This document shows positions 1-12,200 of a stretch of 64,000 nucleotides of DNA, one piece after another. Where the stretch lies: the IMG/VR virus record IMGVR_UViG_3300021387_000299, positions 64,001-128,000 of that record, one strand, 5' to 3'. Both the position numbers and the translations under genes were made by a program. Below the pieces are notes generated by a model. The model searched no databases. It was not told the origin of the DNA and saw only the letters and a list, made by a program, of their open reading frames with translations. Within the stretch, counting starts at the first letter, position 1, and every line of letters starts with the position of its first letter. The stretch comes from a virus (taxonomy: Duplodnaviria > Caudoviricetes).

Positions 1-1459
1 AATTATTGTTCGCATGATTATACAATTTCTTAATACTTTTTGCTCCAGTATTATTAACATTTAATGTTAAACTACCAACTGTTCCGGTATTTGTATTAGT
101 AAATTTAACAATCATAGTATCACCAACTTGCATTGACGTATAATCCTCACAAGTAACCACTTTTGCTGTCGTAGCTGCTGCTGTTGAACATGTTCCATAA
201 AAAATTCTAGCATTACCATTGTCTACTTGAACTCCGCCAGAACTACTTACAGTTGCCCATGATGGTACTCCATTTGCAAGTGTTAATACTTGTCCATTAC
301 TACCTTTAGCCAATCTTTCTGGAGTTCCAGAAGCACTTCAATATATAATATCACCTGCTGCTGTGCCAATAGATTTAGCAACATAGTCATCTGTAGAAGC
401 TGTTGCCATACTTCCAAATTGACCTAATTTACAGTAAGCCAAATTAGAATTAGAACTATTATATTTACCATTTCAAAAAGCTAATGTATTTATCGTTGGA
501 ATATCTATATCAGTTGCTTTTGCCGTTCAACCTAAATCTCCATTATTAGTTATATTTTTAATAGTTCTTGTGCCAATAGCATTAGTACCATTTCCAATTA
601 ATAATTCACCAGAAGTAAAAGTAGTTGCCCCAGTTCCACCCGCGGCAACAGGAATAGTTCCCGCAGCAAGAACTCCATCGGTAGTTGTATATACGCCCTT
701 ATTAGCAGCCGTTCCAATAGCGCCAGCATTAGTTATATTTCCATGGACATGATTGCCTGCTGCCGCATTTGAAGCTTCTGTGCCAATCGTTAAAATTGTC
801 GGTTTATTTTGAATATAACTTCAATCTAAATTGCCTGTAAATGTCGCTGTATTATTTTGATCTATAGAAATAATAGTTTTTCCAGTTCCAGCATTATTTT
901 TAGCATAAAGTCCTTTATTACCGGTTGCAGAACCAGCAGATCATAAATAAATATCTCCAGCCAAAGCTCTAGCCATAACTTCTTTTTCGCTAGTATTAGT
1001 AGTTGAATTTCCTGCAATAACATGACCACCTGTTACAACATTTCCACCGTCACAATTTAAATTTAAAGCTGCTGTTGTAGTTCCAGTGGCTTTAGCTTGA
1101 ATTTCATTTCCATCTAACTCCAAATGGGCTGCAGTTGCGGCTCCACCAACAATTAAAGCCGGATTATTATTTGCGGTTCCACTAGCATCTTGACTTCTAG
1201 ATAAAACCAGCGTACCAGTAACAGTTCCGCCAGACAATGGCAAATAATTATCATGAGTATGGCTTGTTGTGGCGTAATTAGCAGTATCTAAAGTTCAAGC
1301 ATTTTCCGCGGTCTTTTTTAAAATTCCAGATGTTCCACTTAATTCTTCAATTGCTTTTAAATTATCAGCATCTGTTAAATCATCCAATGGAACATCTCCA
1401 TATATTGTACCAGTGACGCTTAAATCACCAGTTACTATTGTATCTTTCAATTGCGCCAT
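1..1459 (-). CDS. Tail fibre / receptor-binding protein, partial (runs off the left edge); TGA=Trp
   Basis: RBS AAGGAGG, ATG at 1459 (MAQLKDTIVTGDLSVTG). In frame with track ORF 941..1243 and continues through TGA at 941 (IYL-W-SAGS) and 821 (NLD-W-SYIQNKP). Fibre motifs HTH, YLPLSGG and GTCSTAAATTAK. Shares modules with the fibres at 5895..9227 and 9241..13197. Confidence 0.8.
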
Positions 1460-1479
1460 ATATCTGGCACCTCCTTATT

Positions 1480-1572
1480 AAAAAAATAAAGCAAAAAGAT
1501 GGAGATTTTCCAGCAAATATATTCCAATCCATTTTTTAAACTTTTCATCTGGATTCAATCCATCTCTTTGCT
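1480..1572 (-). ncRNA. Candidate structured leader / small RNA ending in a terminator-like U-tract
   Basis: Begins just after a consensus promoter. The 5' arm AGCAAAGAGATGGA (1572-1559) pairs with TCCATCTTTTTGCT (1503-1490), 14 bp with one G-U, and is followed by TTATTTTTTT. Confidence 0.45.
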
Positions 1573-1578
1573 AAATAT

Positions 1579-1608
1579 ATTATATCAAAAAATATTTTTT
1601 GTTGTCAA
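1579..1608 (-). promoter_or_regulatory. sigma70/sigmaA-type promoter
   Basis: TTGACA (1608-1603), 18-nt spacer, TGaTATAAT (-10 at 1584-1579). Perfect consensus with extended -10, intergenic. Confidence 0.8.
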
Positions 1609-1616
1609 AAAAATTT

Positions 1617-3440
1617 TTAGAAAAAATTTGCACCATCAATTTGAACTCAGTCTTCTTCTTGAGGAGAATTGGGTCATGCTTTATTTATATAAACATATGC
1701 AGTTTCCAAATCATCTCCATTATAAATATAAATATTTGATGGAGATTTTCAATGAGCATATAAATTTATTTCAGCCTCTTCTCCTTGATAATCTCAAGTA
1801 TAAACAGTAAGATCTTCAGTTGTAGGTGGATCTGAATAAAATTTTACATTACCTTCATCTAATACTTCTTCAGTTCCAATGCTCGAAGTTGAAGAAAAAT
1901 ATAATCCATCACCAACGGCTTTTGCCGCAGATGGGGTGATCGTGCTATATCAAGCATTATCATATGGTTCATAAACTTTTCTTCCATTATTATCAAAATA
2001 TCCTAAAAATGCTCAACCTTTTGGATGTTTTGGTTGACCTCTATATGCATAAATATATGATCCACCCGTATAAGTCGCACTTTTAGGACCGATGTCAGTA
2101 GTATCATTACCAAAATATCCGCCATTTGCATATAAATTTACCGTTGTTTCAATTTGAGCATATTGAGCTTGAAATGTAAAAACTGTTTCTCCAAACTTAC
2201 CTAAATAATAAGTGTCACCCGTTTGATACATTTTATTATCATTTGTACATTTCCAACCAACAAAACGTTTGCCTGTAGGGGTATAATCTTCAAAATTCGC
2301 AGGTGGAGTAATAATAAAATCAGTTCATTCTGATACGTTATCATTGCCTCTATTAGTAATATTTACTGTTGAGTTATCCCCAAATTGGAAACTAGTAGTA
2401 AAAAAAGTACCTCGAAATGCTCATAAGGCATATAAATGAAGCGATTCTGTTAATCCACCTTTTCATGAAGGAATATTAGGAAGAGGATTAATTACTGTTC
2501 CAGAATTTTCTGTGGCCCATGTGGTTGTAGAAAGAGTTCCAGTAGCTGGCCCGAAAAAGTCAGTATTTTCTACTGCCACAGTAGCATAATTTTGAATACT
2601 GGAATCACTATTTTTTAAATATTCTTCATTATATTGATATAAATCATAAATTTTGACAGCATTTTCAAAAGTTGGAGTAGTATAATATCCTTTAAAAGAT
2701 TTTAATTGATCAGTATTTTCAATTAAAGGAGTTCCTCTAATTCCATATTTAGTTCCGCTATCATCCGGATATGCATGTGCTACAATCTGTAAAGTTTGAT
2801 CATGAGCAAATACTCGGCCATTTCCATCTAAGATAACTACTGGGCCGCTATCTTTTCATTGAGCGGTAAGTGTTAAATTTGCATTAACATTATAGGTATC
2901 TCCTCCAGAATAAGAATGATTATTATTTCCTTGTCAATGATCAAATTCTTTTCCAACTGGCGCAGAAAAGCTAAAAGAATTAATTCCTTTAATTGTATAA
3001 TTTTTATTATATTCTTTACTTTCATTTCTAGAAGATCCTGTTCCAGAACCTGGTTTATATGTAATAGTATAAGTTGAAGCAGGAACGCTAACAGAAGTAC
3101 TATTACTTGCTGTTGGTGCATGTCCTGAGGTTTTTCCACAAGCAATTCTTATGGGGATATCTGCTGCGTTTCCGGCTCCGAGATTTACTGTTCCATTATT
3201 AATAAGAAAGTCTTTTGTTTCATATCCAGAATAATCACTACCGTCTACTGCATCAACAACTCTTGTTCCATTTATTTCTAAATAATATCAAAAAGTACTA
3301 TTCATTCAACGCTGATAATTACTTGCATCAGCATAATATTGTCTAACATAAAAATTTCAATTAATAGTTCTTGCGGAAGCATTAACTGTATAGTCTACAT
3401 ATACGCCACCATTATATTCAAAAGCCGTAAGTGTTGCCAT
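1617..3440 (-). CDS. Putative virion/tail-associated protein with InlB-B-repeat-like segments (607 aa, TGA=Trp)
   Basis: RBS GGGGAGG, ATG 3440, TAA 1617. At least 14 in-frame TGA (3357, 3306, 3288, 2934, 2856, 2463, 2421, 2325, 2013, 1950, 1794, 1749, 1674, 1647), in contexts such as LTLTAQ-W, LYAL-W, LYAH-W and FDH-W. Almost invisible in the standard-code track. Confidence 0.7.
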
Positions 3441-3463
3441 ATTCTTAATTTACCTCCCCACTC

Positions 3464-5827
3464 TTATTTTTCTATAAATTTATTAGCATAAATTTTTAAA
3501 TCTTTTGCTATTCTAGCCAATCCATAAACGCGTATATATAAATCAATATATCCAGTAGATATATTAGAATTTGGGAAACCCGGTATTTGATTTGTTTGAT
3601 ACACAGTTCAAGAACCTAATGCTCCATATCAATTACCCGAATTAGTATTTGCAATAGACATACGCGTACCAGTAGCTCTTCTTCATAATCCACCCATAGT
3701 GCTATTTGTATATCCAGAAGAAGTGTTATAAGTAACAGTTCCTGGTTTAACATCTTCTCATACAGCATCATTTGGATTTATATTTTGTGTTCAACGATAT
3801 TTTTGTTCTGTTGCGGTAGAGGTTGTTTTTTGTTTAACCATAAATTCATAAGTTGGCATATAAGGTATTTGCTCTACATTATATCATTTATTTTCATTTA
3901 TATAAACACCATGTTCTCAATCTGCGCTTTGCGCAAAATATCCACTTGTAGTGGGATCATTATGATGGAAAATTCTTATTCAAGTACTGCCATCTGGCTC
4001 TTCATAAATATTAGTATCATATTTTATAAATGGGTTCTCAAAAATTTCACCTGTTTTTACTTGTCCGTTTTTATTAATGGAGTTTTCTTGATTTTCTACA
4101 AATTCAAAACCATGAATACCATTTAAATTATCAATATTTGCAGGGGTATTATATAAAGCTAATACATCTTCTGCGGAAAGTGCGGTTGCATAAATTCTAA
4201 AATCTGACATTTCTCCTTTGTATGGGGTATTGTCTCCAGATCGAGTATCTCTACCAATTCTAAATGTAGTAGGAAATGTTAATGTATTATGCGCAGCAGT
4301 CGAAGCTCATTTTTGAGTTCCATTAATATAAACTTTAATATCATTAGAACCATTTTTTACAATACAAATATGTTGCCATACTCCATCAGAAATTGTTGCC
4401 CCAGTACATGTTTCATCTGGAGATCCATTTCATCATAATCTAAGTAAATTTGTAGTAGTTTTTTCTATTGACCATGATATCCCTGGATAGCTTCCAAAGT
4501 AAACAGAACGAACATTATTTTCTCCATTTGGTTTAATTCAAAATGAATATGTAACAGAGCTATTTATTATATTTGAAATATTTAAATGTTCAACTAAAAC
4601 GCCATCATCAATTCCATCAAAGCTAGTAACGACACCATATTTTCCAGAATTTGATGATATCGTAATTGGTAAACTTATTATATTACCATTGTGTTCATAA
4701 CCAGAAGAGTCTTTTATAGTATCTTTAGCATCCCCAAAATACGCCCTAATATTTGAAATAGTGAAAGAAGCACCTTCATTTGAAGTATTTAGTCTTACTC
4801 TTATTCTTGATTGATAAGTTAATGCATATGTAGCTTGTGCGGCAGTAACTTTAAAAGTACCTTTATGATGACCAGAAGGCGTATTTGTTAATGTTGTATA
4901 ATCTATACGATCAGAAGGAGAAACAATGGTTGTATTAAGCTGAGAATATAAATATGAAGTACTTGCGGTTACTCCGGTAACACTGTAATCATATTCTACA
5001 GTAATTGTTGTACCTTCTGTTATAGCATGAGTATATTTAGTATCTATATATCAAAAACCGGTATAAACAGCCGTTGATCCAGAGGCAATTGTAGCTGTTT
5101 TAGAAGCAACTGAAGTGAGAATATTTGGTTGAACTCCTTCATCTAATTTATAATGCAGTATTAATCCCTGACTTATTTCTTTTACTTCTAAAGCAGATAA
5201 ACAATGATCATAAATACGGACATCATTAAGATAGCCATTTAATCTATAATTCCCATGTAGAGCATTACCAGAGGTTCCATTAAAAGATCAAGCAAAAATT
5301 CCAATATAATCTTCTGGAACAGACATTACTCCAATGTTATGAATTCCATCGACCTTTCCATTTACATATAAAGTTGCTATAGATCCATTGTATGTAAATC
5401 CAACATGATATCAAGTATTTGCTGATAATAATGTGCTTCCACAATAAGTATTAAATGTTCTGCTTGAACCTGTACCAGTATTTATAGATAAATATCCTGT
5501 TGTGGTAGATACATGTTTTATTGTAAGTCCCATTCCCGTATTATTTCCATAACGATGTTGAGTAATCATTGCTCCACCTAAATTAGAACCACTTGTTAAA
5601 GAAGTAAATTTTACTCAGCAAAACATTGATTGATTTATACCTAAACCAATAGTTTTTGAAGAAACTAATCCGCCTCCAGTACTTGAATTATTACCATAAC
5701 AACTACCTATTTTTCCATTAGCATTTTCTGTAGTGCTAGTTGTATTTGCCATAGAAAAAGTAATACTTCTATCAGTTCCTATATTTTTAAGATCACCATT
5801 AAGCGGCAACCATATTTTTAATGCCAT
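3464..5827 (-). CDS. LamG/concanavalin-A-like multi-domain putative receptor-binding protein (787 aa, TGA=Trp)
   Basis: Joins track ORFs 5615..5827 and 3980..4210, TAA 3464. LamG-type motifs C-W(TGA)-VK, T-W(TGA)-YHVGFTYNG..LYVNG, NDVRIYDHCLS, SF-W(TGA)-IKP, VW(TGG)QHI and SDFRIYATALS. Confidence 0.8.
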
Positions 5828-5850
5828 AATAGCAACCTCCTTTTTCTCTT

Positions 5851-5880
5851 ATTATATCATAAAAGTTAAAGGAGAGTCAA
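5851..5880 (-). promoter_or_regulatory. sigma70/sigmaA-type promoter overlapping the upstream terminator
   Basis: TTGACT (5880-5875), 18-nt spacer, TGaTATAAT (5856-5851), upstream of RBS AAGGAGG and ATG 5827. Confidence 0.7.
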
Positions 5881-5893
5881 ATTGACTCTCCTT
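5861..5893 (-). terminator. Hairpin / likely intrinsic terminator
   Basis: AAGGAGAGTCAA-T-TTGACTCTCCTT then TAACTTTT, directly after the TAA of 5895..9227. Confidence 0.6.
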
Positions 5894-5894
5894 A

Positions 5895-8800
5895 TTATGC
5901 AAATATAAAATCTAATGATTCTGTTGTTGAATTGTAATGAAGGGTTGCGTTATCAGCCAAAGTAATATCATTTACTTTATCCACATTTCCTGTTTTATCT
6001 ACAGAGAAAATATTCTTTCGAGCTGCGATGCCTCCACCTCCAATAACAAAAGAATGTGGCTTATCTGTAGTATCAGGTTCGTTGCTTTGTCCAATGATAA
6101 AAGTTCTCTTAGTATTAACATTTTTTAAATTGGCACCAAACATTACTACATCATCTTTATTATTAGTGTTATTTAAAAATGATCCATATAAAAAATTACC
6201 TCAACCATTAGTAGCTGAAGGTCCACCATTTCCAAAACAAACATTATACTGTCCTCCAGTTATATTTGCCATGATTCCACCTATATTAAAGTCTCCTAGT
6301 ATGGTTGCACCAGCTATCGCAAAATTTTTTGAAGATGATAACGCTGCTGAAGATAAAGTTGTATCAGTTGTTATTTTAGGATAAGCCCCACTAGTATCTA
6401 CATTAGTAATAGTTGCGCAGAAAGTATGAGTTGTTCTATTTATTACTTTTTTCCCAATTCAAGCCTCAAGTCCAGGATAACTACTAGTTGGTCAATTTTC
6501 CACTGTATAAATTGTTGCATTAGCGGCCCCTGTTAAAGTTATTGGCGTAGTACCAGAAGTAAGAACTAAATTATGACTACCTTCAATATAACCTGTTGAA
6601 CCACTTAATATCAATGAATTTCTTCCGCTAATATAACCATTTCCAAAAGCAATAGAATAATTTCCTGTAACTTCTGTTGGAATATCAATACCTGGTTCTG
6701 AATTTCTATCTAAATACATTGAATTGGTTCCAGTTCCTCTTATAAGAGGTAAATTATTGCCCAATTCAGTTTTTGTTGCATATGTTGAAGTAATGACGTT
6801 GCCATCGCCATCTTTTTCTGCATTACCAATTAAATTACCAGTAAAGGTTGGCGCGGTAACTGTTCCCTTAAATGTAGCATTACCCGTTGTATGATTTAAA
6901 ATAAGTGCATTTACAGAATAAGTTGTTTGCAAAGTAGAGTTTCAATTAGATCTAAGATAAAGATTCCCTCCACTATTTGCTATTTGCCAAGAGGCATTGG
7001 TTCCTCTTCATAATTCAAGTGCTACAGCTTCACCAGCGCCACTATCACTAGAACTAATAATTAATTGAGATGATTTGTTCGTTGTTGTAGCTGCATCTGC
7101 ATCTCTTCCAAGCCAAATATTTTTTGCTACAGCAAAACCTGAAGCAGTTCTTACTCCAGCTGTAGTTGAACCAGTTGCTTTTGTAGTAGGACCAAAATAT
7201 ACATCTCCACCATCATTATTAATGCATAAAGTTGCTGTTGAAGTTCCGTCTGTTTTAGCTTGAATTTCATTTGAATCAAATTCAAGATGTGTGGAAGTGG
7301 GTTGTCCGCCAACAATTAAAGCAGGTCTCCTATCTACAGTACCACTAGCATCTTGAGTTCTGGATAGAATTAAAGTGCCAGTAACAATTCCTCCGCTAAG
7401 AGGTAAGTAATCATGCGTATGATTACCCGCTGCTGCAGTGGTTGAAGTTGTGCCTAAGGTTAAAATAGTTGGTTTATTTTGAATATAGCTTCAATCTAAA
7501 TTACCATATAATGTTACATCATTATTTTGATCTATCTTAAGAATAGATTTGCCTGTTCCATCATGATTCTTTGCATAAATACCCTTATCACCAGTTGCAG
7601 AACTAGCAGATCATAAATAAATAGATCCAGCTAAAGTTCTAGCTATAACATCTTTTTCACTATCGGCGGATTCAGAGCCAGCAATAATACTTCCACCTGC
7701 AGTAATAGTTCCATTTGTAATTAACTTTGCCGGGAATGTCGTATTTAATTCAACATCTCAATCATAAATATGATTTTTTTCAACCATATTATTAGGTGCA
7801 GTTCAAGCACTCATACCATAAAAACGAATATCTGAGACATAAGCCGATCCATAATTTGCATTTATTGCAGTTTGTTTAAATGTTAATCTATATTTATAGT
7901 AATGGTCTGTTTGATTAGTAGTGCCACCAAAATGAGCTTGAGGAAAATATCTAATATTATTATTAGGTCATCCATCAAGTAATTGATTTGTAAATATAGT
8001 AACAAAAGTTTCTTTTGCTGCAATTGTAGAACATTCTAAGTCCATTTTTACCGTATTAGCAGAATCGGACAGTCAAACATAAACAGAATCCATACTAGTA
8101 TATCTGTCTGTTGGTTCAATTGTGACTCTTAATTGATTATTAATATTATTGTTTGCTTTTGCACTAGCTTTTCCTAAATAAAAATTTTTACCTTTTGTTT
8201 CAGAAAATAACGCTACTTTTTCAGCATTTGTTGCGCCATAATCTGTTCAAGTATTGCCACCATCAGTAGAATATTCTACAGTAATAGCTTCTGCTGGCAA
8301 ATTAAAAGTTTTATTACTTGCCGCACTTCCAACTAATGGTCGTGTAATGTGATCTAAACTACCATGTCTAGCATCTGTATCTTTTCCAATTTCCAAACGG
8401 CTATGGGTATGATTAACTGTTGCATATGTTGAAGTGATAATATTACCATCGCCATCTTTACCGGCTTTTAAATCAGCAGTTGCAATTTTAACTGGTTCAC
8501 CATTTGTATTAAAATAAACAGCTTCAGAACTAGACCCCTTAGAAGCTCAAAGTGGTGCATAAGTATGATCTCCAGCTGTATTATTATAAATAATTCAGGT
8601 TGATTTAGTTCTATCATAAAGTCCTCTATTAGTAGAAGCTAAAATAGAAACAGTTCCATTATCATTAACAGCTTTTATTTCAGCGCCATTAGTTCCACTT
8701 GCAGTAGTTATTAAATTATGTGTACTTGGATTATAAGTCAATCCAGATAATTTATTAACACTACCAGTTTCTTCATTGGCGTTGGCCGATAACCCACCCA

Positions 8801-9227
8801 ACAAATTAAAAGAACCATTTGTTGTAATTGCTGCATTTTGATGAATTGAATATTCATTATAATCAGTTATGACTCAATTAGTACCGTCATAAATAAATAA
8901 TATAACTGCGCCAGCCCTCCAGGCGGTTCCGCTAGCATTTCCAGCTTTAGTTGAACCATAAGCCATAATTGACTTAGCAGCAATAAGATTTGTTGTATTT
9001 GCATTTCTTTGTATTGTTAAAGTTGGATTAGCTACTGTATTACCATTAGTAAATTTTACCGCTAATAACATTCCAGTTATTAAAGTTGCAGAATCTGGTG
9101 TGGCATCAGCCAATTTAACTATTTTAGCAGCTGTACCTGCAGCTGTAGTACAAGTGCCATAAAAAGTTGAAGTAACTAAATGGGTTCCACCCCCAGCAGT
9201 TACTTTTCCTATAACTCCATTTGCCAT
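5895..9227 (-). CDS. Tail fibre protein (1110 aa, TGA=Trp)
   Basis: Track ORFs 8874..9227, 8595..8804, 6492..6932 and 5895..6143 share one frame and are joined at TGA (e.g. YDGTN-W-VI). Gly/Thr-rich, with HTH, YLPLSGG and DGDGNIITSTYAT motifs. RBS AGGAGG, ends TAA. Confidence 0.8.
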
Positions 9228-9240
9228 TTAATTACCTCCT

Positions 9241-12200
9241 TTAATTTATCGCTCCAGTAGCAACTGTAGTATTTGTTACTGAAATATTTGGAATTGTTCT
9301 TGATGTATGTTGCAATGTAGCTGCAGTTCCTGGTGTAACATTAACACTATCTCCAGTAGATAATGTTAAAACACCACTAGCATAACTAGCGCTAGTTACA
9401 ACGGTTTTTTCTTCTACTACAGTTGGAGTATTTGGTATCCAGTCTGTAATGTCATCTGCTGATATTGCCGTTCCTGCACTCGCACTACCAATAGAAGTAG
9501 TTACTAGTGATCCAGTTGTTCCTGCCGTCACATGACCAAATTTATCTGTTGTAATTGTTCTAATTAATTTACCTGCATTATTAGTTCCACCATTATAAGT
9601 TGTGGCTGATGCTCCTTCTGATGATGCATGTGTAATAGTTCGAGTTCCTGATGTAGTTATTGCTGATGTGCTATCAACAGTAATACCTTCACCGCCCTTA
9701 ATTGTAATACTTGTAACAGTACCAGTATTTGTAGTATAACCTTGATTAACAGCGCCAGTTACTCTACCATATTTATCAACAGTAATTCCTTGATAAGTTC
9801 CTGCAGTTACAGCTGATGTCGGGAATCTTTCTACTGCTACGGTACCAGAAGCCAAATTTGAAGCATTTAAACTAGTTAAACTTGCACCGTTACCAGCAAA
9901 TGAAGTTGCCGTTAGCTTTCCTGCGGTTGTATCAAGATAAACCCCAGTATCTGCAACCGCCGTGACGCCTTGCGCAGTTGATGTTGGAGTTGTTGAAGTT
10001 CCAAGTAAATATGCTTTTGTTGTTGTAGCAAGAGTTACATTTACTTTTGTATCACTATTAGTTACAGTTTCTGTGCCTGTTGTGTATCCAGTAATATGAC
10101 CATAATCATCAGTAGTAATAGTTTGTAAATATGTTCTTCCGGTTGAACCTTTAGATCCAGCAGAGGCTCCAGAAGGTACTGTATGTGCGACACTTAAATT
10201 TCCACTACTATCACTAGTTACACCTATTACGTTAGCGCCACTAATTTTATGTGCGCTTCTAACAGCCCCATTTTCAATTATATTATAATAAACATTTCCA
10301 TTAGTTAATGCAGATGTTGTTTGTGAAGTTTTCGTAGCTGAATTAGTTACAATACCTTTTGCTTGATGATGAGTATCAGTAACTGTTTCTGTTCCTGTTG
10401 TATAACCAGTTACATGCCCAAATTGATCTGTTGTAATGGTTTGGATATAAGTTCTACCAGTAGTTCCTTTTGTGCTTGCGGAAGCACCAGAAGGAACAGC
10501 ATGGGCAATTGTTCTTGATCCAGAAGTAGTAATAGCTGTTCCAGAATTTGAAATAGTAATACCATCTCCTTGGTCTAGTGTTACGCTAGTAACTGTACCA
10601 GTATTTTTAGTATATCCAGCATAATATAAAGTTCTTGCTGTAATTAGATTAGTGTCAGTAGAAGTTACCGCTTTTGATGCGCTATTATCTGTAATACCAA
10701 CAGATAAAGCACCTGTGATATGACCTTGATCATCAAATTTTATTTTATATAAGTCTTCTGTTGTAATAGCAGTTATACTATTACTATGGCCTATTGTTAT
10801 ATTCCCTGAAGTTCCACCGCCAGTTAATCCAGCTCCAGCAGTAACTCCTGTAATCGTACCTACATTAGAAGTTTTACTAGCCGCTAAATCATATGCTTTT
10901 TTAACTGCATTTGCGGTTGCTGCCAATGATGTAGATGTACTGTTGATCGCATCCGATAATTTCGTTGTGCCATAAACTCCAGTTGTAGCAGTTCCAATAG
11001 AAGCAGATGAACTTGTTTTTCCTCCTACGCTAATGGTGAATTGTGGCGCTGCTGACGAAGTTCCACCGGTCATATTAATTGTAGGATTGATATTTACCGC
11101 TTTAACCTTTCCTACAGTCCCATCAGCTAATAGCATGTATCCATCGGTAAATGTATTAATGCCTTTAAATAATCCATTATCTAAATTGGTTTGAACAACT
11201 ATTCAGTCGCTATCTTCTGCGGTTGCGCCACTTCCCTTTTCATGAACGCAAATTAATAAATCGCCTGTTTCACATATTTTTCCTACATAAGTACCAGTTG
11301 TTTCTATTTTATAAGTTCATCCAGCATCATATGGAGGATTAGGAATATCAGTTTGTGATGTAATAGTTCCTTTAAATATCATGGCATCATTTAATGCCAA
11401 TAAGTCATTTAATTCTGCTTTTGTCGCATAGGTTGAAGTAATTGTATTTCCTTCACTATCTTTTCCAGCTTGAATATCGGCTACAGATGTTTGACCTGTA
11501 CCGCCTCTTGCAACTGAAAGGGTTCCAGAGGTAACTTGACTTGCCGCAATAGCAATATTACCAAAGGTTGCAGAAACCTTTCCATTTGTTTGACTAAAAG
11601 CTGTTAATGTTTTTGCCGCACTTGGAGTACCAGATATTGTTCCATCTAAGGTATTAATAGCTGTTCATACTCCTTTTGGAGTTGCCGCAAGTCCTTCTTC
11701 AGTGGTACTGCTTGTATTAGATAATTTAGTTACACCATAAACACCAGTAGTAGCGGTATTTAAAGATTGCGCTGTTCCACTGTTGCCAGCAACAGTCACA
11801 TTAATTTTCGGCGCACCTGAATTATCTCCAGAAGTAACTGTAATACTAGGATTAAATAAAGCTCTGCTTACAGCAATTTTACCATTACTTTCTGAAACTG
11901 CTGATACATATTTGGTACTGTCTGCACTGTCTGAAATATTTAAAGTATTAATTGCATTGGTGACTGCAGTGTTAACACCTTTCGGAGTTGCAGCTAGACC
12001 TTCTTCAGTAGAGCTTACTGTGCTAGAAAGTTTTGTTGCACCATAAACTCCGGTTGTAGCGGTATTCATTGTTGATTCAGTACTAGTTTTACCTCCAACT
12101 GAAATTTTAAATTTTGGCGCTACAGATGAGGTTCCAGCAGTTAAAGTTAATGCAGGATTAATAGCAACTGATTTAACCTTTCCATCAGTGCCATCTGCGA

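Noticed and set aside
1480-1572. Suppressor tRNA-Trp(UCA)
   Set aside because: No cloverleaf, T-loop (TTCGA) or anticodon arm could be drawn, and no tRNA was recognised elsewhere in the window.
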